From positions 24,754 to 88,753 of the forward strand of contig CAUBPS010000008.1 in NCBI GenBank assembly GCA_958437935.1: 64,000 bases of DNA. Reading direction: 5' to 3'. This document shows, piece by piece, positions 9,360-18,922 of the stretch. The stretch is from an uncultured Collinsella sp. GTDB lineage: Bacteria; Actinomycetota; Coriobacteriia; Coriobacteriales; Coriobacteriaceae. The translations under genes and the position numbers were made by a program. Numbering within the stretch: position 1 is the first letter of the stretch; each line of letters opens with the position of its first letter. The notes beneath the pieces were generated by a model. The model searched no databases and had not been told where the DNA came from. It saw only the letters and a list, made by a program, of their open reading frames with translations.

Positions 9360-12230
9360 ATGAGTCGCCGCAACACCGAACTGCTCTTGCTCATCGCCTC
9401 GGCGTTCCCCGTCATCCTGCTCTATGCGATGTACGTGCTCACCGCGGGCGCCACAATTTCCTTTGAGACGCTCGCCGTGCCGATCGGCCTGTTCGCCGCC
9501 TTCGCCGCGGCGCATATCGCCGTGCGCATCTTGGCGCCCGGCGCCGACCCCGCCATCCTGCCCATCGTCTTTGTGCTCTCGGGCATCGGCATCACATTCG
9601 TGACGCGCCTGGCCCCCGACCTCGCCATCTCGCAGCTCATCATCTTGTTTGTCTCGGTGGCGCTCATGGTGGGAACGCTGGCACTGGTCAAGAACCTCGA
9701 CGTGGTCATGCGCTACAAGTACACCTTTGGCATTATCGGCATCATCCTGCTGATGCTGCCGATCTTTATCGGCACCACGATCTCGGGCTCCAAGCTGTGG
9801 ATTCGCATCGCGGGCTTCACCATCCAGCCCGGCGAGTTCGCCAAGGTCTTCATCGTCCTGTTCCTGGCAGGCTATCTGGCCGAGAACCGCGAGCTGCTCT
9901 CCATCTCTAACCGCAAGATCCTGGGCCTCAAGATTCCGCGCTTCCGCCTGCTGCTGCCGCTGTTTGCCGTATGGGGCGTGTGCCTGCTCATCGTCGTCTT
10001 CGAACGCGACCTGGGCTCGGCCGTCCTGTTCTACACCATCTTTTTGCTGATGCTCTATGTTGCCACGGGACGCTTTTCGTACGTCATCATCGGCCTTGCG
10101 CTGCTAGCCGTTGGAGCCGTGGGCGCCTACAAGTTCCTGTCGCACGTGCAGGTGCGCTTTCAGGTCTGGGTCGATCCGTTTAAGGACGCCCAGGGCCAGG
10201 GCTACCAGATCGTACAGTCACTTTACTCGCTGGCTGACGGCGGCCTGGTTGGCGTCGGCATTGGCAACGGCATGGCAAACAACATCCCCGTCGTCGAGTC
10301 CGACTTTATCTTCTCGGCCATCGGCGAGGAAATGGGGCTTTTGGGCGGCGGCGCCGTGCTCATCCTGTTTATGCTTTTTGCCGTGCGTGGCCTCACCACG
10401 GCCGCCCGCGCCAAGTCCGACCTTGCCGCCTTTAGCGCGACCGGCCTTACGGCGGCCATCAGCTTCCAGGCTTTCTTAATCGTTGGCGGCGTAACCCGCC
10501 TGATCCCGCTGACCGGCGTCACCCTGCCCTTTATGAGCCAGGGCGGCTCCTCGCTGCTGGCGAGCTTTATCATCGTCGCGCTGCTGCTGCGCGCCGGTGA
10601 CGAGGCAACCGGACGCGAAGCTGAGCTCACCGGCACCGGCACCATGGCCGCCATCACCGATGACCAGGTCGCATCCGCCGCTGCCCCAACGGGCACGCGT
10701 TTTGCCAACGCATCTTCCTACGGCCGCGGTAGCCACTCCGCCGGCTCGCGCATGCGCCGTCGTCTGCTCGACACGCCCGAGTCCGGCGTGCTGGGCCGCG
10801 TGGCACTCGCCAACCGCCTGACCCGCGCCGTGTTCGTCTTTACGGCGCTGTTCGCCATCCTTATCGGCAACCTCACCTATGTCCAGGTCATCAAGGCCAA
10901 GGACTACCAGGACATGCCGACCAACAACCACACCATCGCCCGCTCTAAGTACATCCAGCGCGGCTCCATCATCACGTCCGACGGCGTGACGCTGGCCGAG
11001 TCGCTGCAGCAGGAGGACGGCGCCTACGCCCGCTCCTACCCCAACGGCAATATGGCCGCACACGTGGTGGGCTACGTGAGCCAGCAGTACGGTACCGCCG
11101 GCATCGAGAGCGTCATGAACGACACACTCACCGGCTCCAAGGATTACTCCAGCTGGAACAACGCCATCGCGTCGCTCGCGGGGCAGACCCAGCCGGGCAA
11201 TACCGCCAAGCTCACCATCGATTCGCGCATCCAGACGGCTGCCGAGCAGGCGCTCAAGGGCTTTAAGGGCGCCGTGGTGGTCATGGATCCGCGCACCGGT
11301 GCGGTCCTTGCGTGCGCGAGCTCGCCCACCTACGACAACACCAACATCGATGCGCTGCTCCAGTCGGGCGGCGGCGAGGACGGCTCCATGTACGACCGCG
11401 CCATGGACGCGCTGTACACCCCGGGCTCGACCTTTAAGGTCGTCACACTCTCCGCGGCGCTCGAAACCGGCACCGCCAGTCTTACCAGCACGTACCAGGC
11501 GCCCGGCTCCATGGATATTGGCAACGCGCCGGTCACCAACTCTGCCAACGAGAGCTACGGCACCATCAGCCTGCAGCAGGCCTTCGCCGTATCGTCCAAC
11601 GTCGTCTTTGGCCAGGTGGCCAACGAGATTGGCGCCAGCTCGCTCGTCCAGTTTGCCAACGCCTTTGGCTACGGCCAAAAGCTCGGCCAGGATCTGACCT
11701 CCACCGCCTCCATCATGGCCGACCCGTCGCTTATGACCGAGTGGGAGACCGCTTGGGCAGGCGCCGGCCAGCCCGTCGGCATGGACCACACGCCTGGCCC
11801 GCAGACCACCGTTATGCAGAATTGCGTGATCGCTGCAGCTATCGCCAACAGCGGCGTAGTCATGGACCCGTTCTTTGTGTCCCAGATACTCGCCCCGGAC
11901 GGAACCGTGGTTAAGACTACGCAGTCCCGCTCGCTGGGCCAGGCCGTCAGCTCTGCCACGGCCGACCAGGTCAAGCAGGCCATGCTCGCCGTCGTCCAGT
12001 CCGGTACCGGCACCGATGCCCAGATTCCGGGCGTCAAGGTTGCCGGCAAGACCGGTTCGGCCGAGACCGGCGGCACCAACGTCAACTCTATGTTTGTTGG
12101 CTTTGCACCTTACGATTCACCCACGGTTGCCATCTCGGTGGCCCTGGAGGATTTCGACAAACACGACGTCGAGGCAGCCAAGATTGCCGGCATCGTCCTG
12201 ACCGCGGCGCTCGCCGCACAGGGAGCGTGA
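9360..12230 (+). CDS. Fused FtsW/RodA SEDS glycosyltransferase + class B penicillin-binding transpeptidase
   Basis: SEDS motifs IQPGEFAK, ERDLG, SDFIFS, TGVTLPFMSQGGSS; PBP motifs STFK, SSN, KTG in one ORF. Confidence 0.9.
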   Translation: MSRRNTELLLLIASAFPVILLYAMYVLTAGATISFETLAVPIGLFAAFAAAHIAVRILAPGADPAILPIVFVLSGIGITFVTRLAPDLAISQLIILFVSVALMVGTLALVKNLDVVMRYKYTFGIIGIILLMLPIFIGTTISGSKLWIRIAGFTIQPGEFAKVFIVLFLAGYLAENRELLSISNRKILGLKIPRFRLLLPLFAVWGVCLLIVVFERDLGSAVLFYTIFLLMLYVATGRFSYVIIGLALLAVGAVGAYKFLSHVQVRFQVWVDPFKDAQGQGYQIVQSLYSLADGGLVGVGIGNGMANNIPVVESDFIFSAIGEEMGLLGGGAVLILFMLFAVRGLTTAARAKSDLAAFSATGLTAAISFQAFLIVGGVTRLIPLTGVTLPFMSQGGSSLLASFIIVALLLRAGDEATGREAELTGTGTMAAITDDQVASAAAPTGTRFANASSYGRGSHSAGSRMRRRLLDTPESGVLGRVALANRLTRAVFVFTALFAILIGNLTYVQVIKAKDYQDMPTNNHTIARSKYIQRGSIITSDGVTLAESLQQEDGAYARSYPNGNMAAHVVGYVSQQYGTAGIESVMNDTLTGSKDYSSWNNAIASLAGQTQPGNTAKLTIDSRIQTAAEQALKGFKGAVVVMDPRTGAVLACASSPTYDNTNIDALLQSGGGEDGSMYDRAMDALYTPGSTFKVVTLSAALETGTASLTSTYQAPGSMDIGNAPVTNSANESYGTISLQQAFAVSSNVVFGQVANEIGASSLVQFANAFGYGQKLGQDLTSTASIMADPSLMTEWETAWAGAGQPVGMDHTPGPQTTVMQNCVIAAAIANSGVVMDPFFVSQILAPDGTVVKTTQSRSLGQAVSSATADQVKQAMLAVVQSGTGTDAQIPGVKVAGKTGSAETGGTNVNSMFVGFAPYDSPTVAISVALEDFDKHDVEAAKIAGIVLTAALAAQGA

Positions 12231-12362
12231 TGCCCGTGATCAAAGCGGATACTTGTGGCGCGCCGCGGCCGATGAGCTAGCGGCAACGCGCCACACGGCC
12301 CCAGCGGCCACACATTTGGTACTACACACATCGTTGAGCGAATAGTTATGTTAGGAGCAGGA

Positions 12363-14312
12363 ATGGAACAGAGGGTCCTCGGGGGAAGATACCTCCTCAA
12401 GGATAAGGTGGGAACGGGCGGTATGGCGACCGTCTTCCGAGCACAGGATCAGGTCCTCGACCGCACGGTTGCCGTCAAGATCATGCTGCCGCAGTATGCC
12501 GGCGACGCCACCTTCGCCGCCCGCTTTAAGCAGGAGGCCCAGGCGGCTGCCGGCCTGTCCTCCCCCTATATCGTAGGCGTCTACGACTGGGGCAAGGACG
12601 GCGACACCTATTACATCGTCATGGAGTACCTGCGCGGTACCGACCTTAAGAGCGGCATCAAGAGCCACGGCGCCCTCGATCCCAAGAAGGTCGCGCAGAT
12701 CGGCTCGCAGATCAGCTCCGCGCTTTCGGTCGCACACAAGCACGAGATCATCCACCGCGACATCAAGCCGCAAAACATCATGGTGCTGCCCGACGGCAAC
12801 ATCAAGGTCATGGATTTTGGCATCGCACGCGCCAAGAACAGCCACCTCACGCAGGATAACAACGTTCTGGGCACCGCCCACTATGTAAGCCCCGAGCAGA
12901 CCCGCGGCCAGGACCTCGGCCCCACCTCGGATATCTACTCGCTGGGTGTCGTCATGTACGAGTGCGCCACCGGCCGCGTGCCCTTTGACGGCGACGACGC
13001 CATCTCGGTCGCGCTCAAGCAGGTCAACGAGCTCCCCATCCCGCCGAGCCAGATCAACTCCGGCGTCGATGCCGACCTGGAGCGCATCATCCTCAAGTGC
13101 ATGGAGAAGGACCCGGCAAACCGCTTCCAGACGGCCGACGAGCTGCGCCAGGTGCTCAACAGCTACCTGTCTGGCCGTGCCGTCAACGTCTCGGAGCCCA
13201 CGCGCATCATCGGTGCCGCCGGCGACCTGGGTGCCACCAAGACCCGCGAGCTTTCCGACTCAACGCGCGCTATGGTTCGTCCCGTCTCGGGCGTGAGCGG
13301 TCAGAACACCGCCCGCAGCGCTGTCTCGGGCTCCACGGGCTCCTACGAGGTCGAGAAGCCTAAGTCCAACAAGAACAAGATCATCGCCGCCGTGGTGGCA
13401 GCCGTTGCCGTCATCGGCATCGTGGTGGCCTTTGCCACAGGACTCTTTGGCGGCGAGCAGGTCACCGTGCCCGATGTGCTGGGCAAGGACCAGCAGACTG
13501 CCGTCGAGCTGATCAAGGAAGCCGGCCTCGAAGTCGGCACCATCGACCAAAGCTACAACGACGATGTCGACGAGGGCAAGGTCGCCGAGCAGACGCCCAA
13601 CGGCAACACCAAGAAGGCCAAGGGCACCAAGGTGAACCTGGTAATCTCCAAGGGCCCCAAGCCCTCCGAGAAGGTTGAGGTTCCCCGGCTTGTCGGCCTG
13701 ACCAAAGACCAGGCAGAAGCCGCGCTGGCAAGCGTTGGCCTGAAGGGCAACGCCTCCGAGGAGGCCAACGAGGCCGATGAGGGCCAGGTCTTTGAGCAGG
13801 GCACCGAAGCCGGTAAGGAAGTCGAGAAGGGCACGACCATCTCGTACAAGGTCTCGGGCGGCCCGGATACCACGTCCGTCCCCGACCTGACCGACATGAC
13901 CGAGGCCCAGGCGCGCAACGCCCTCGATATGGCAGGCTTTGGCGTCGACGTGAGCTACCAGGAGAACGACTCGGTTACCGAGGGCACCGTGATCAGCTGG
14001 AACCCCAGCGGCAAGCAGAAGCCCGGCTCCACGATTACCGTCGTCATTGCCAAGAAGTCCGGCAAGGCCGCCGTCCCGGGCAACCTGTACGGCAAGAGCA
14101 TTTCCGCCGCCGTTACCGCGCTCAACAACGCCGGTTTCTATAACATTGGCTTCTGCGACCAGAACGGCAATCCCGTAAGCGGTAACGAGGATGCCACCGT
14201 TACGGGTGTCTCCCCCACTGGCAAGCAGTCCACCGACAGCACGATTACGCTGACGGTCGCACTTTCGGGCTCGGGCACGAGCACGGGCGACGATTCCGGT
14301 ACGACCAACTAG
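12363..14312 (+). CDS. pknB: PASTA-domain Ser/Thr kinase PknB/Stk1
   Basis: GTGGMA, HRDIKPQN, DFG, YVSPEQ; TM; about four VP(D/R/G) PASTA repeats. Confidence 0.93.
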   Translation: MEQRVLGGRYLLKDKVGTGGMATVFRAQDQVLDRTVAVKIMLPQYAGDATFAARFKQEAQAAAGLSSPYIVGVYDWGKDGDTYYIVMEYLRGTDLKSGIKSHGALDPKKVAQIGSQISSALSVAHKHEIIHRDIKPQNIMVLPDGNIKVMDFGIARAKNSHLTQDNNVLGTAHYVSPEQTRGQDLGPTSDIYSLGVVMYECATGRVPFDGDDAISVALKQVNELPIPPSQINSGVDADLERIILKCMEKDPANRFQTADELRQVLNSYLSGRAVNVSEPTRIIGAAGDLGATKTRELSDSTRAMVRPVSGVSGQNTARSAVSGSTGSYEVEKPKSNKNKIIAAVVAAVAVIGIVVAFATGLFGGEQVTVPDVLGKDQQTAVELIKEAGLEVGTIDQSYNDDVDEGKVAEQTPNGNTKKAKGTKVNLVISKGPKPSEKVEVPRLVGLTKDQAEAALASVGLKGNASEEANEADEGQVFEQGTEAGKEVEKGTTISYKVSGGPDTTSVPDLTDMTEAQARNALDMAGFGVDVSYQENDSVTEGTVISWNPSGKQKPGSTITVVIAKKSGKAAVPGNLYGKSISAAVTALNNAGFYNIGFCDQNGNPVSGNEDATVTGVSPTGKQSTDSTITLTVALSGSGTSTGDDSGTTN

Positions 14313-14364
14313 TCGCCACCCCACCGCTCATTACGACTCTCGCCGCTAACATATTCGCTCACAG

Positions 14365-14404
14365 GCGCCCGCTTGCTCCCCCAGCAAGTGGGCGCTTCGT
14401 TTTT
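14365..14404 (+). terminator. Intrinsic terminator after pknB
   Basis: GCGCCCGCTTGCT/AGCAAGTGGGCGC stem followed by a T-run. Confidence 0.7.
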
Positions 14405-14416
14405 GACATGGCATGA

Positions 14417-14486
14417 ACCAGAAAAGCCCGGCACCATGGCGGTGTACCGGGCTCGATCAATCTTTGGTGCCCCCGGGCGAATTCGA
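14417..14486 (-). repeat. Degenerate duplicate of the tRNA-Arg 3' end plus downstream hairpin (att-like scar)
   Basis: Near-copy of ~14544-14611, including TGGTGCCCCCGGGCG(A/G)ATTCGA. Confidence 0.75.
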
Positions 14487-14589
14487 CCCCCTCCGCGGGG
14501 AAATGAGTGACACGGGTGCCGACGGTCCGAATCCTGCCTTTAGACCAGAAGAGCCCGGCACCGTGGTGGTACCGGGCTCGGCAAATCTC

Positions 14590-14665
14590 TGGTGCCCCCG
14601 GGCGGATTCGAACCGTCGACACCCGCTTTAGGAGAGCGGTGCTCTATCCCCTGAGCTACGGAGGC
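14590..14665 (-). tRNA. tRNA-Arg (anticodon CCT)
   Basis: 76-nt cloverleaf on the reverse strand: GCCTCCG acceptor, CCGCT-CTCCTAA-AGCGG anticodon arm, GGTTCGAATCC, encoded CCA. Confidence 0.95.
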
Positions 14666-14726
14666 ATGTTGTATTAGTGTAGCAGATTTGCGCCACCACC
14701 ATGCAGCGCATAGCCGCTCTTCGAGA

Positions 14727-14783
14727 TAGTCATCTGCGACGTTCTTTCAATGACTAGTTGTTTAAGAACGTCGCAGATGACTA
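14727..14783. repeat. REP-like palindrome
   Basis: Perfect 20-bp IR TAGTCATCTGCGACGTTCTT/AAGAACGTCGCAGATGACTA; related to 18406 and 35918. Confidence 0.75.
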
Positions 14784-14791
14784 CCCAACGA

Positions 14792-15190
14792 CTAGTTGCC
14801 TTTGTGGAAGAGGTTTTTGATAACGGAGGGGATGCTCTTGGCGCCCTTGGCCGTCACATCGATAAAGTCGGGCGAACGCACGAGCTTATCCTCGTCAACG
14901 TACTTGCGGACCGCACGAAGCGTCTCTTTGTCGTCACGCGTCGAAAACGTAAAGTGACCGTTGTCCTTGGTGAAGATGGCAAAACGCGTGATCTTCTTGG
15001 TGCCGCGCAAAACCTCGGCGGCGATATAGTCGACCTCGTCCCACGGGATTTGAATATAATCCTCGGGATTGCGCTCGTTGTAATACTCGAACGCCTTATT
15101 GCCCACCATCACGTTACCGTGGCTGGTAAGCCCCATCAGGCAGGTTGCCGGCGTTGCCAGATCGACCGTGCTGTTCTGAGATTGCGCCAT
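14792..15190 (-). CDS. DUF956 (ManO-like) protein
   Basis: G-x-VMVGNKAFEYYNERNPEDYIQIPW pattern; downstream of the mannose PTS; GGAGG RBS. Confidence 0.85.
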   Translation of the reverse strand: MAQSQNSTVDLATPATCLMGLTSHGNVMVGNKAFEYYNERNPEDYIQIPWDEVDYIAAEVLRGTKKITRFAIFTKDNGHFTFSTRDDKETLRAVRKYVDEDKLVRSPDFIDVTAKGAKSIPSVIKNLFHKGN

Positions 15191-15310
15191 GCGCGCCTCG
15201 CCCTCCAAATAAAACAATCGGACCGCATCCAGTGTACCCACCGGGTGCGGTCCGTTTCAATGGCTCAAAAGCCCTTGCCTAGCAATTCTCGGTCTTAAGC
15301 CGAAATGTGC

Positions 15311-16231
15311 TTACATGAAGCCGCAGACGCGACCGATGATGCCGATGGCGAAGAGGGCCAGGATGATGACGATCGGGCTGACCTTCTTCTTGAGGAGCTT
15401 GCAGACCAGCAGGGTCAGGCACACGGCGGCAAGGCCGGGGATGAGCTGATCGAGGTTAGCCTGAAGCGTGGTGACCTTCACCTGATCAAGGGCGTTAGCA
15501 CCGATGGAGTTATACATCGTCAGTGCTTCCTTGACACCCTCAGAACCGGAGGGCAGATTAGCCCAGTCGATAAAGGCGCCAGCAGACTGCGTGACCTTGG
15601 AGACGACCGGGGTGAAGGAGATGGACACCCAGCGCTCGACCAGGGCGCCGATGATGAACATACCCAGGATAGAAGCGCCCTCGGTGACCTTGCCCATCAG
15701 ACCGCCGGAGAGGTCCTTGGCGATGGAGGAGCCGACCTTGTATCCAAACTCCTGCGTGTACCACAGGAAGGCGTAACGGATGATGTTCCACGCGAAGAAG
15801 AACAGCAGCGGACCGGCGATGCTGCCGGACAGGGCCAGGGAAGCGCCCAGAGCGCCCAGAATCGGGCGAAGGGTGAACCAGAAAGCGGGGTCGCCGACGC
15901 CGGCGAGCGGGCCCATCATACCGACCTTGACGCCCTGAATGGCTACGTCGTCAATCGGAGCACCGTTGGCGCGCTCCTCCTCGAGAGCGAGGGTAACGCC
16001 AATGACGGGGGCGGAAACATAAGGGTGGGTGTTATAGAACTCCAGGTGGCGCTTAAGAGCGGCAATCTGGTCATCCTTGCTGGTGTAGAGCTTCTTGATC
16101 GCAGGGATCATTGCGAAGCACCAGCCGCCGTTCTGCATACGCTCGTAGTTCCACGAGCCCTGAAGGAACTGATGACGGAAGCAAACCTTCTTGCGGTCAG
16201 CCTTGGTGAGCTGAATCTTGTTCTCTGCCAT
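15311..16231 (-). CDS. manZ: PTS mannose/fructose/sorbose family IID
   Basis: SWNYERMQ, FYNTHP, MMGPLAGVGD motifs. Confidence 0.93.
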   Translation of the reverse strand: MAENKIQLTKADRKKVCFRHQFLQGSWNYERMQNGGWCFAMIPAIKKLYTSKDDQIAALKRHLEFYNTHPYVSAPVIGVTLALEEERANGAPIDDVAIQGVKVGMMGPLAGVGDPAFWFTLRPILGALGASLALSGSIAGPLLFFFAWNIIRYAFLWYTQEFGYKVGSSIAKDLSGGLMGKVTEGASILGMFIIGALVERWVSISFTPVVSKVTQSAGAFIDWANLPSGSEGVKEALTMYNSIGANALDQVKVTTLQANLDQLIPGLAAVCLTLLVCKLLKKKVSPIVIILALFAIGIIGRVCGFM

Positions 16232-16247
16232 ATGTATCACTCCCCTC

Positions 16248-17066
16248 CTACTCGTAATCGTTCAGAATGTCGCCGAGCGGGTCGCCGGAGCCACCGCCCA
16301 TGCCGCCACCCTGCTTGGCCAGATCCTTAAGGCCAAGGTAGATGAGGGCAAGGGAGATGCCGATGAGGCCAAGGGCGATCAGCGTGAGCTGAGGGATGGC
16401 AGCAAGGACAAAGCCGAGGACGAAGAACGGCCAGGTCTCCTTGGTGGCCATCATGTTGATGACCATGGCGTAACCGACGGAAGCGACCATGCCGCCGCCG
16501 ACAGCCATGCCGCCGGACAGCCAGTCGGGCATAGCGTTAAGCGCGTTGGTAACAGCCTCGGCCGGGATGATGCACAGAAGTACTGCCGGGATGGCGATAC
16601 GAAGGCCCTGCATGAGGATGGCAGCGTACTGCCAGCGCTCGATGCCGGCGAAGTCGCCCTTCTCGGCGCAACCGTCCATGGCGTGAGCGATAGCGGTAGC
16701 CAGGGTACGGCAGATCATGGTCAGGAACAGACCAGCGACCGACAGCGGGACGGCGACGGCAATGGCGGCGGTAACGGCCTTGGCCGAATCGGTGGCGCCA
16801 CCGTTGAGGGCGAGCACCATGATGATCGAAGAAGCGACCGAGGCCAGAGCGGCGTCAGGCGCGACGGCGGCGCCGACGTTAGCCCAGCCAAGGGCCATCA
16901 TCTGGAGCGAACCGCCCAGGAGGATGCCCTCCTGAAGGTGACCGGTTACGAGACCGATAAGCGTGCATGCCACGAGCGGCTGATGGAACTGGAACTCATC
17001 CAGAATGCCTTCCATACCGGCAAGCAACGCGACAATCGCAACAAGCAGAATAGTGATTGCAGACAT
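16248..17066 (-). CDS. manY: PTS mannose/fructose/sorbose family IIC
   Basis: FHQPLVACTLIGL, LGWANVGAAVAPD motifs; polytopic membrane protein. Confidence 0.93.
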   Translation of the reverse strand: MSAITILLVAIVALLAGMEGILDEFQFHQPLVACTLIGLVTGHLQEGILLGGSLQMMALGWANVGAAVAPDAALASVASSIIMVLALNGGATDSAKAVTAAIAVAVPLSVAGLFLTMICRTLATAIAHAMDGCAEKGDFAGIERWQYAAILMQGLRIAIPAVLLCIIPAEAVTNALNAMPDWLSGGMAVGGGMVASVGYAMVINMMATKETWPFFVLGFVLAAIPQLTLIALGLIGISLALIYLGLKDLAKQGGGMGGGSGDPLGDILNDYE

Positions 17067-17084
17067 GTATCGGACCCTCCTTTA

Positions 17085-18074
17085 CTATGCTTGAGCGGCC
17101 AGTTCGGCCTTAGCTTTCTTCAACATGGCGTCGAGATCCTCGGAGGAATCCGAAGGAACCTTGCGGACCTCGAACTTGACGCCCTTGGCCTTGAGGGCCT
17201 CGAGAGTCTTAACGTCGTCATCGCCCATAGCGACGGCGTTGGTGACGACGACCTTACCCTTGGAGTGAGCCATGGAACCGATGTTGACTTCCTTGATGTC
17301 GACGCCGGCCTCGATGGCCCTGAGCAGATCCTGCGGGTTCTCGAAGAGCAGCATGGCCTTGGTGTCACCAAAGCGCGTGTCCTTGACGACCTCGGCCATC
17401 TTCTTGATGGGCACGACGTTGGCATGGACTCCCGGAGGGGCAGCCTGCTCGATCATGGTCTTGCGGAGCTCGTCGTGAGCAACGCCGTCGGAAACCACGA
17501 TGATGCGGTTGGGGTTGATCTGCTTGGTCCACGTGGTGGCCACCTGACCATGAAGCAGACGGGTGTCGATACGGACGTGGGCGATCTTGATGTGCCCGTC
17601 GCCGATGACCGTTCCCGGAGGGATGGCGCCTGCAGGAGCAGCGGCGGCCGCAGCCGGCTTCTTCTCCTCGGGCTCCAGAGACTCGGGCTTGACGCGCACG
17701 CCAGCCTTAGCCTCAGTCACGAGATGTTTTGCGATCGCATGTGCAGTGTTCTTTGCGTCAAAGCGCTGCGAATATGCCTCGATGAGCATAGGCAGGTTGA
17801 CACCGGTGACGATAGCCCAGGAATCGTGGCCCTCGATGAGCCCGCTGATCTGGTTGAACGGCGTACCGCCCCACAGATCAACGAGGAAGAGCACCTGCTC
17901 CTGGTCCTCGAAGGAAGCGACTGCTTCCTCGACCTTGGCACGGAAGTCGTCGGGGCCCATGCTCGGCTCGAGCGAGACCACGGCTACAGACGGCTGATCG
18001 CCAAAGACCATCGAGCCCGTCTGCTTGATTCCAGCCGCCAAGTCACCATGGCTAGCAAGAACAATACTTACCAT
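17085..18074 (-). CDS. manX: PTS mannose family IIAB
   Basis: LASHG (IIA His), DLWGGTPFN, RIDTRLLHGQV (IIB His); AGGAGG RBS. Confidence 0.93.
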   Translation of the reverse strand: MVSIVLASHGDLAAGIKQTGSMVFGDQPSVAVVSLEPSMGPDDFRAKVEEAVASFEDQEQVLFLVDLWGGTPFNQISGLIEGHDSWAIVTGVNLPMLIEAYSQRFDAKNTAHAIAKHLVTEAKAGVRVKPESLEPEEKKPAAAAAAPAGAIPPGTVIGDGHIKIAHVRIDTRLLHGQVATTWTKQINPNRIIVVSDGVAHDELRKTMIEQAAPPGVHANVVPIKKMAEVVKDTRFGDTKAMLLFENPQDLLRAIEAGVDIKEVNIGSMAHSKGKVVVTNAVAMGDDDVKTLEALKAKGVKFEVRKVPSDSSEDLDAMLKKAKAELAAQA

Positions 18075-18405
18075 CACATAACCTCCTTTTTGTCTACGTA
18101 TTTCCTACACGACAAAAAAGAGTATAGCCGCAAGTGTGGCAAAATTATAGGAAAAAATGTGAATGGTTGGATTATTTGTTTAAACGTCATGCTTTTGTTA
18201 CAAGTTGGTTACATCGCTGGTTTTCAGCTATTCCTCGCTAAACATAATTAGTTTGACCATCTTAGAAAACAGATACAGGCACAGCATTCACTAATACCGA
18301 TTTAAATCGGATAAGAACCTGCTTGACTCTTCGATATTTTGTTTAAACAGACGTGACTTGACTAATTTCGTTAGTTATGCTCTAGCAAACCGTCAAAAAA
18401 GAATG

Positions 18406-18457
18406 GTCATTGGGGACGTTCTTTAATGACTAGTCGTTTAAGAACGTCCCCAATGAC
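18406..18457. repeat. REP-like palindrome
   Basis: 18-bp IR GTCATTGGGGACGTTCTT/AAGAACGTCCCCAATGAC. Confidence 0.75.
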
Positions 18458-18461
18458 TAAG

Positions 18462-18887
18462 TTAGGCGATGTGGAGGGGGTTGGCGGCGTCGACGGCGTC
18501 AGGAGCAGCGGGACCATCAGGGGTAGCGTCTGCCAGGTTCTCGTCGGGGGTCTCGATCTGCTTGATCATGACATCCTGGCCCTGCAGCAGATAAGTCTCG
18601 CCGCTACCGCAATGGGGACAGGTCTTTCCGTACTCGACCGTCGCGTAGTCGCGGCCGCACGCCTCGCAATGTGTCACGGCCTCAACGGGCTCCACGATAA
18701 GCTCCGAGCCCTCGGTGATAGGCTTTTTATCTGCTGCCCAGCGCCAAGCGTCGAGCAGCAAGTCGGGAACGACGCCCGAGACCTCGCCCAGCAGCAACGT
18801 CACGCTCGAAACGCGACGCACGCCATTGGCGCGAGCCACATTCTCAACATCGCGAATGATGTGATAGACGATTCCGAGCTCGTGCAC
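18462..18887 (-). CDS. hypA: HypA/HybF-family nickel metallochaperone
   Basis: (M)HE N-terminus from GTG 18887, GEVSGV, CxxC...CPxC zinc site. Confidence 0.85.
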   Translation of the reverse strand: MHELGIVYHIIRDVENVARANGVRRVSSVTLLLGEVSGVVPDLLLDAWRWAADKKPITEGSELIVEPVEAVTHCEACGRDYATVEYGKTCPHCGSGETYLLQGQDVMIKQIETPDENLADATPDGPAAPDAVDAANPLHIA

Positions 18888-18922
18888 TTTTATATTCCTT
18901 CCGCCGTTCCCGTTATGACTAC

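Noticed and set aside
14417..14486. Second tRNA gene
   Set aside because: Only the 3' ~22 nt match; D and anticodon arms are absent
16218..18251. 677-aa plus-strand ORF
   Set aside because: Antisense to manX/manY; no recognisable domain
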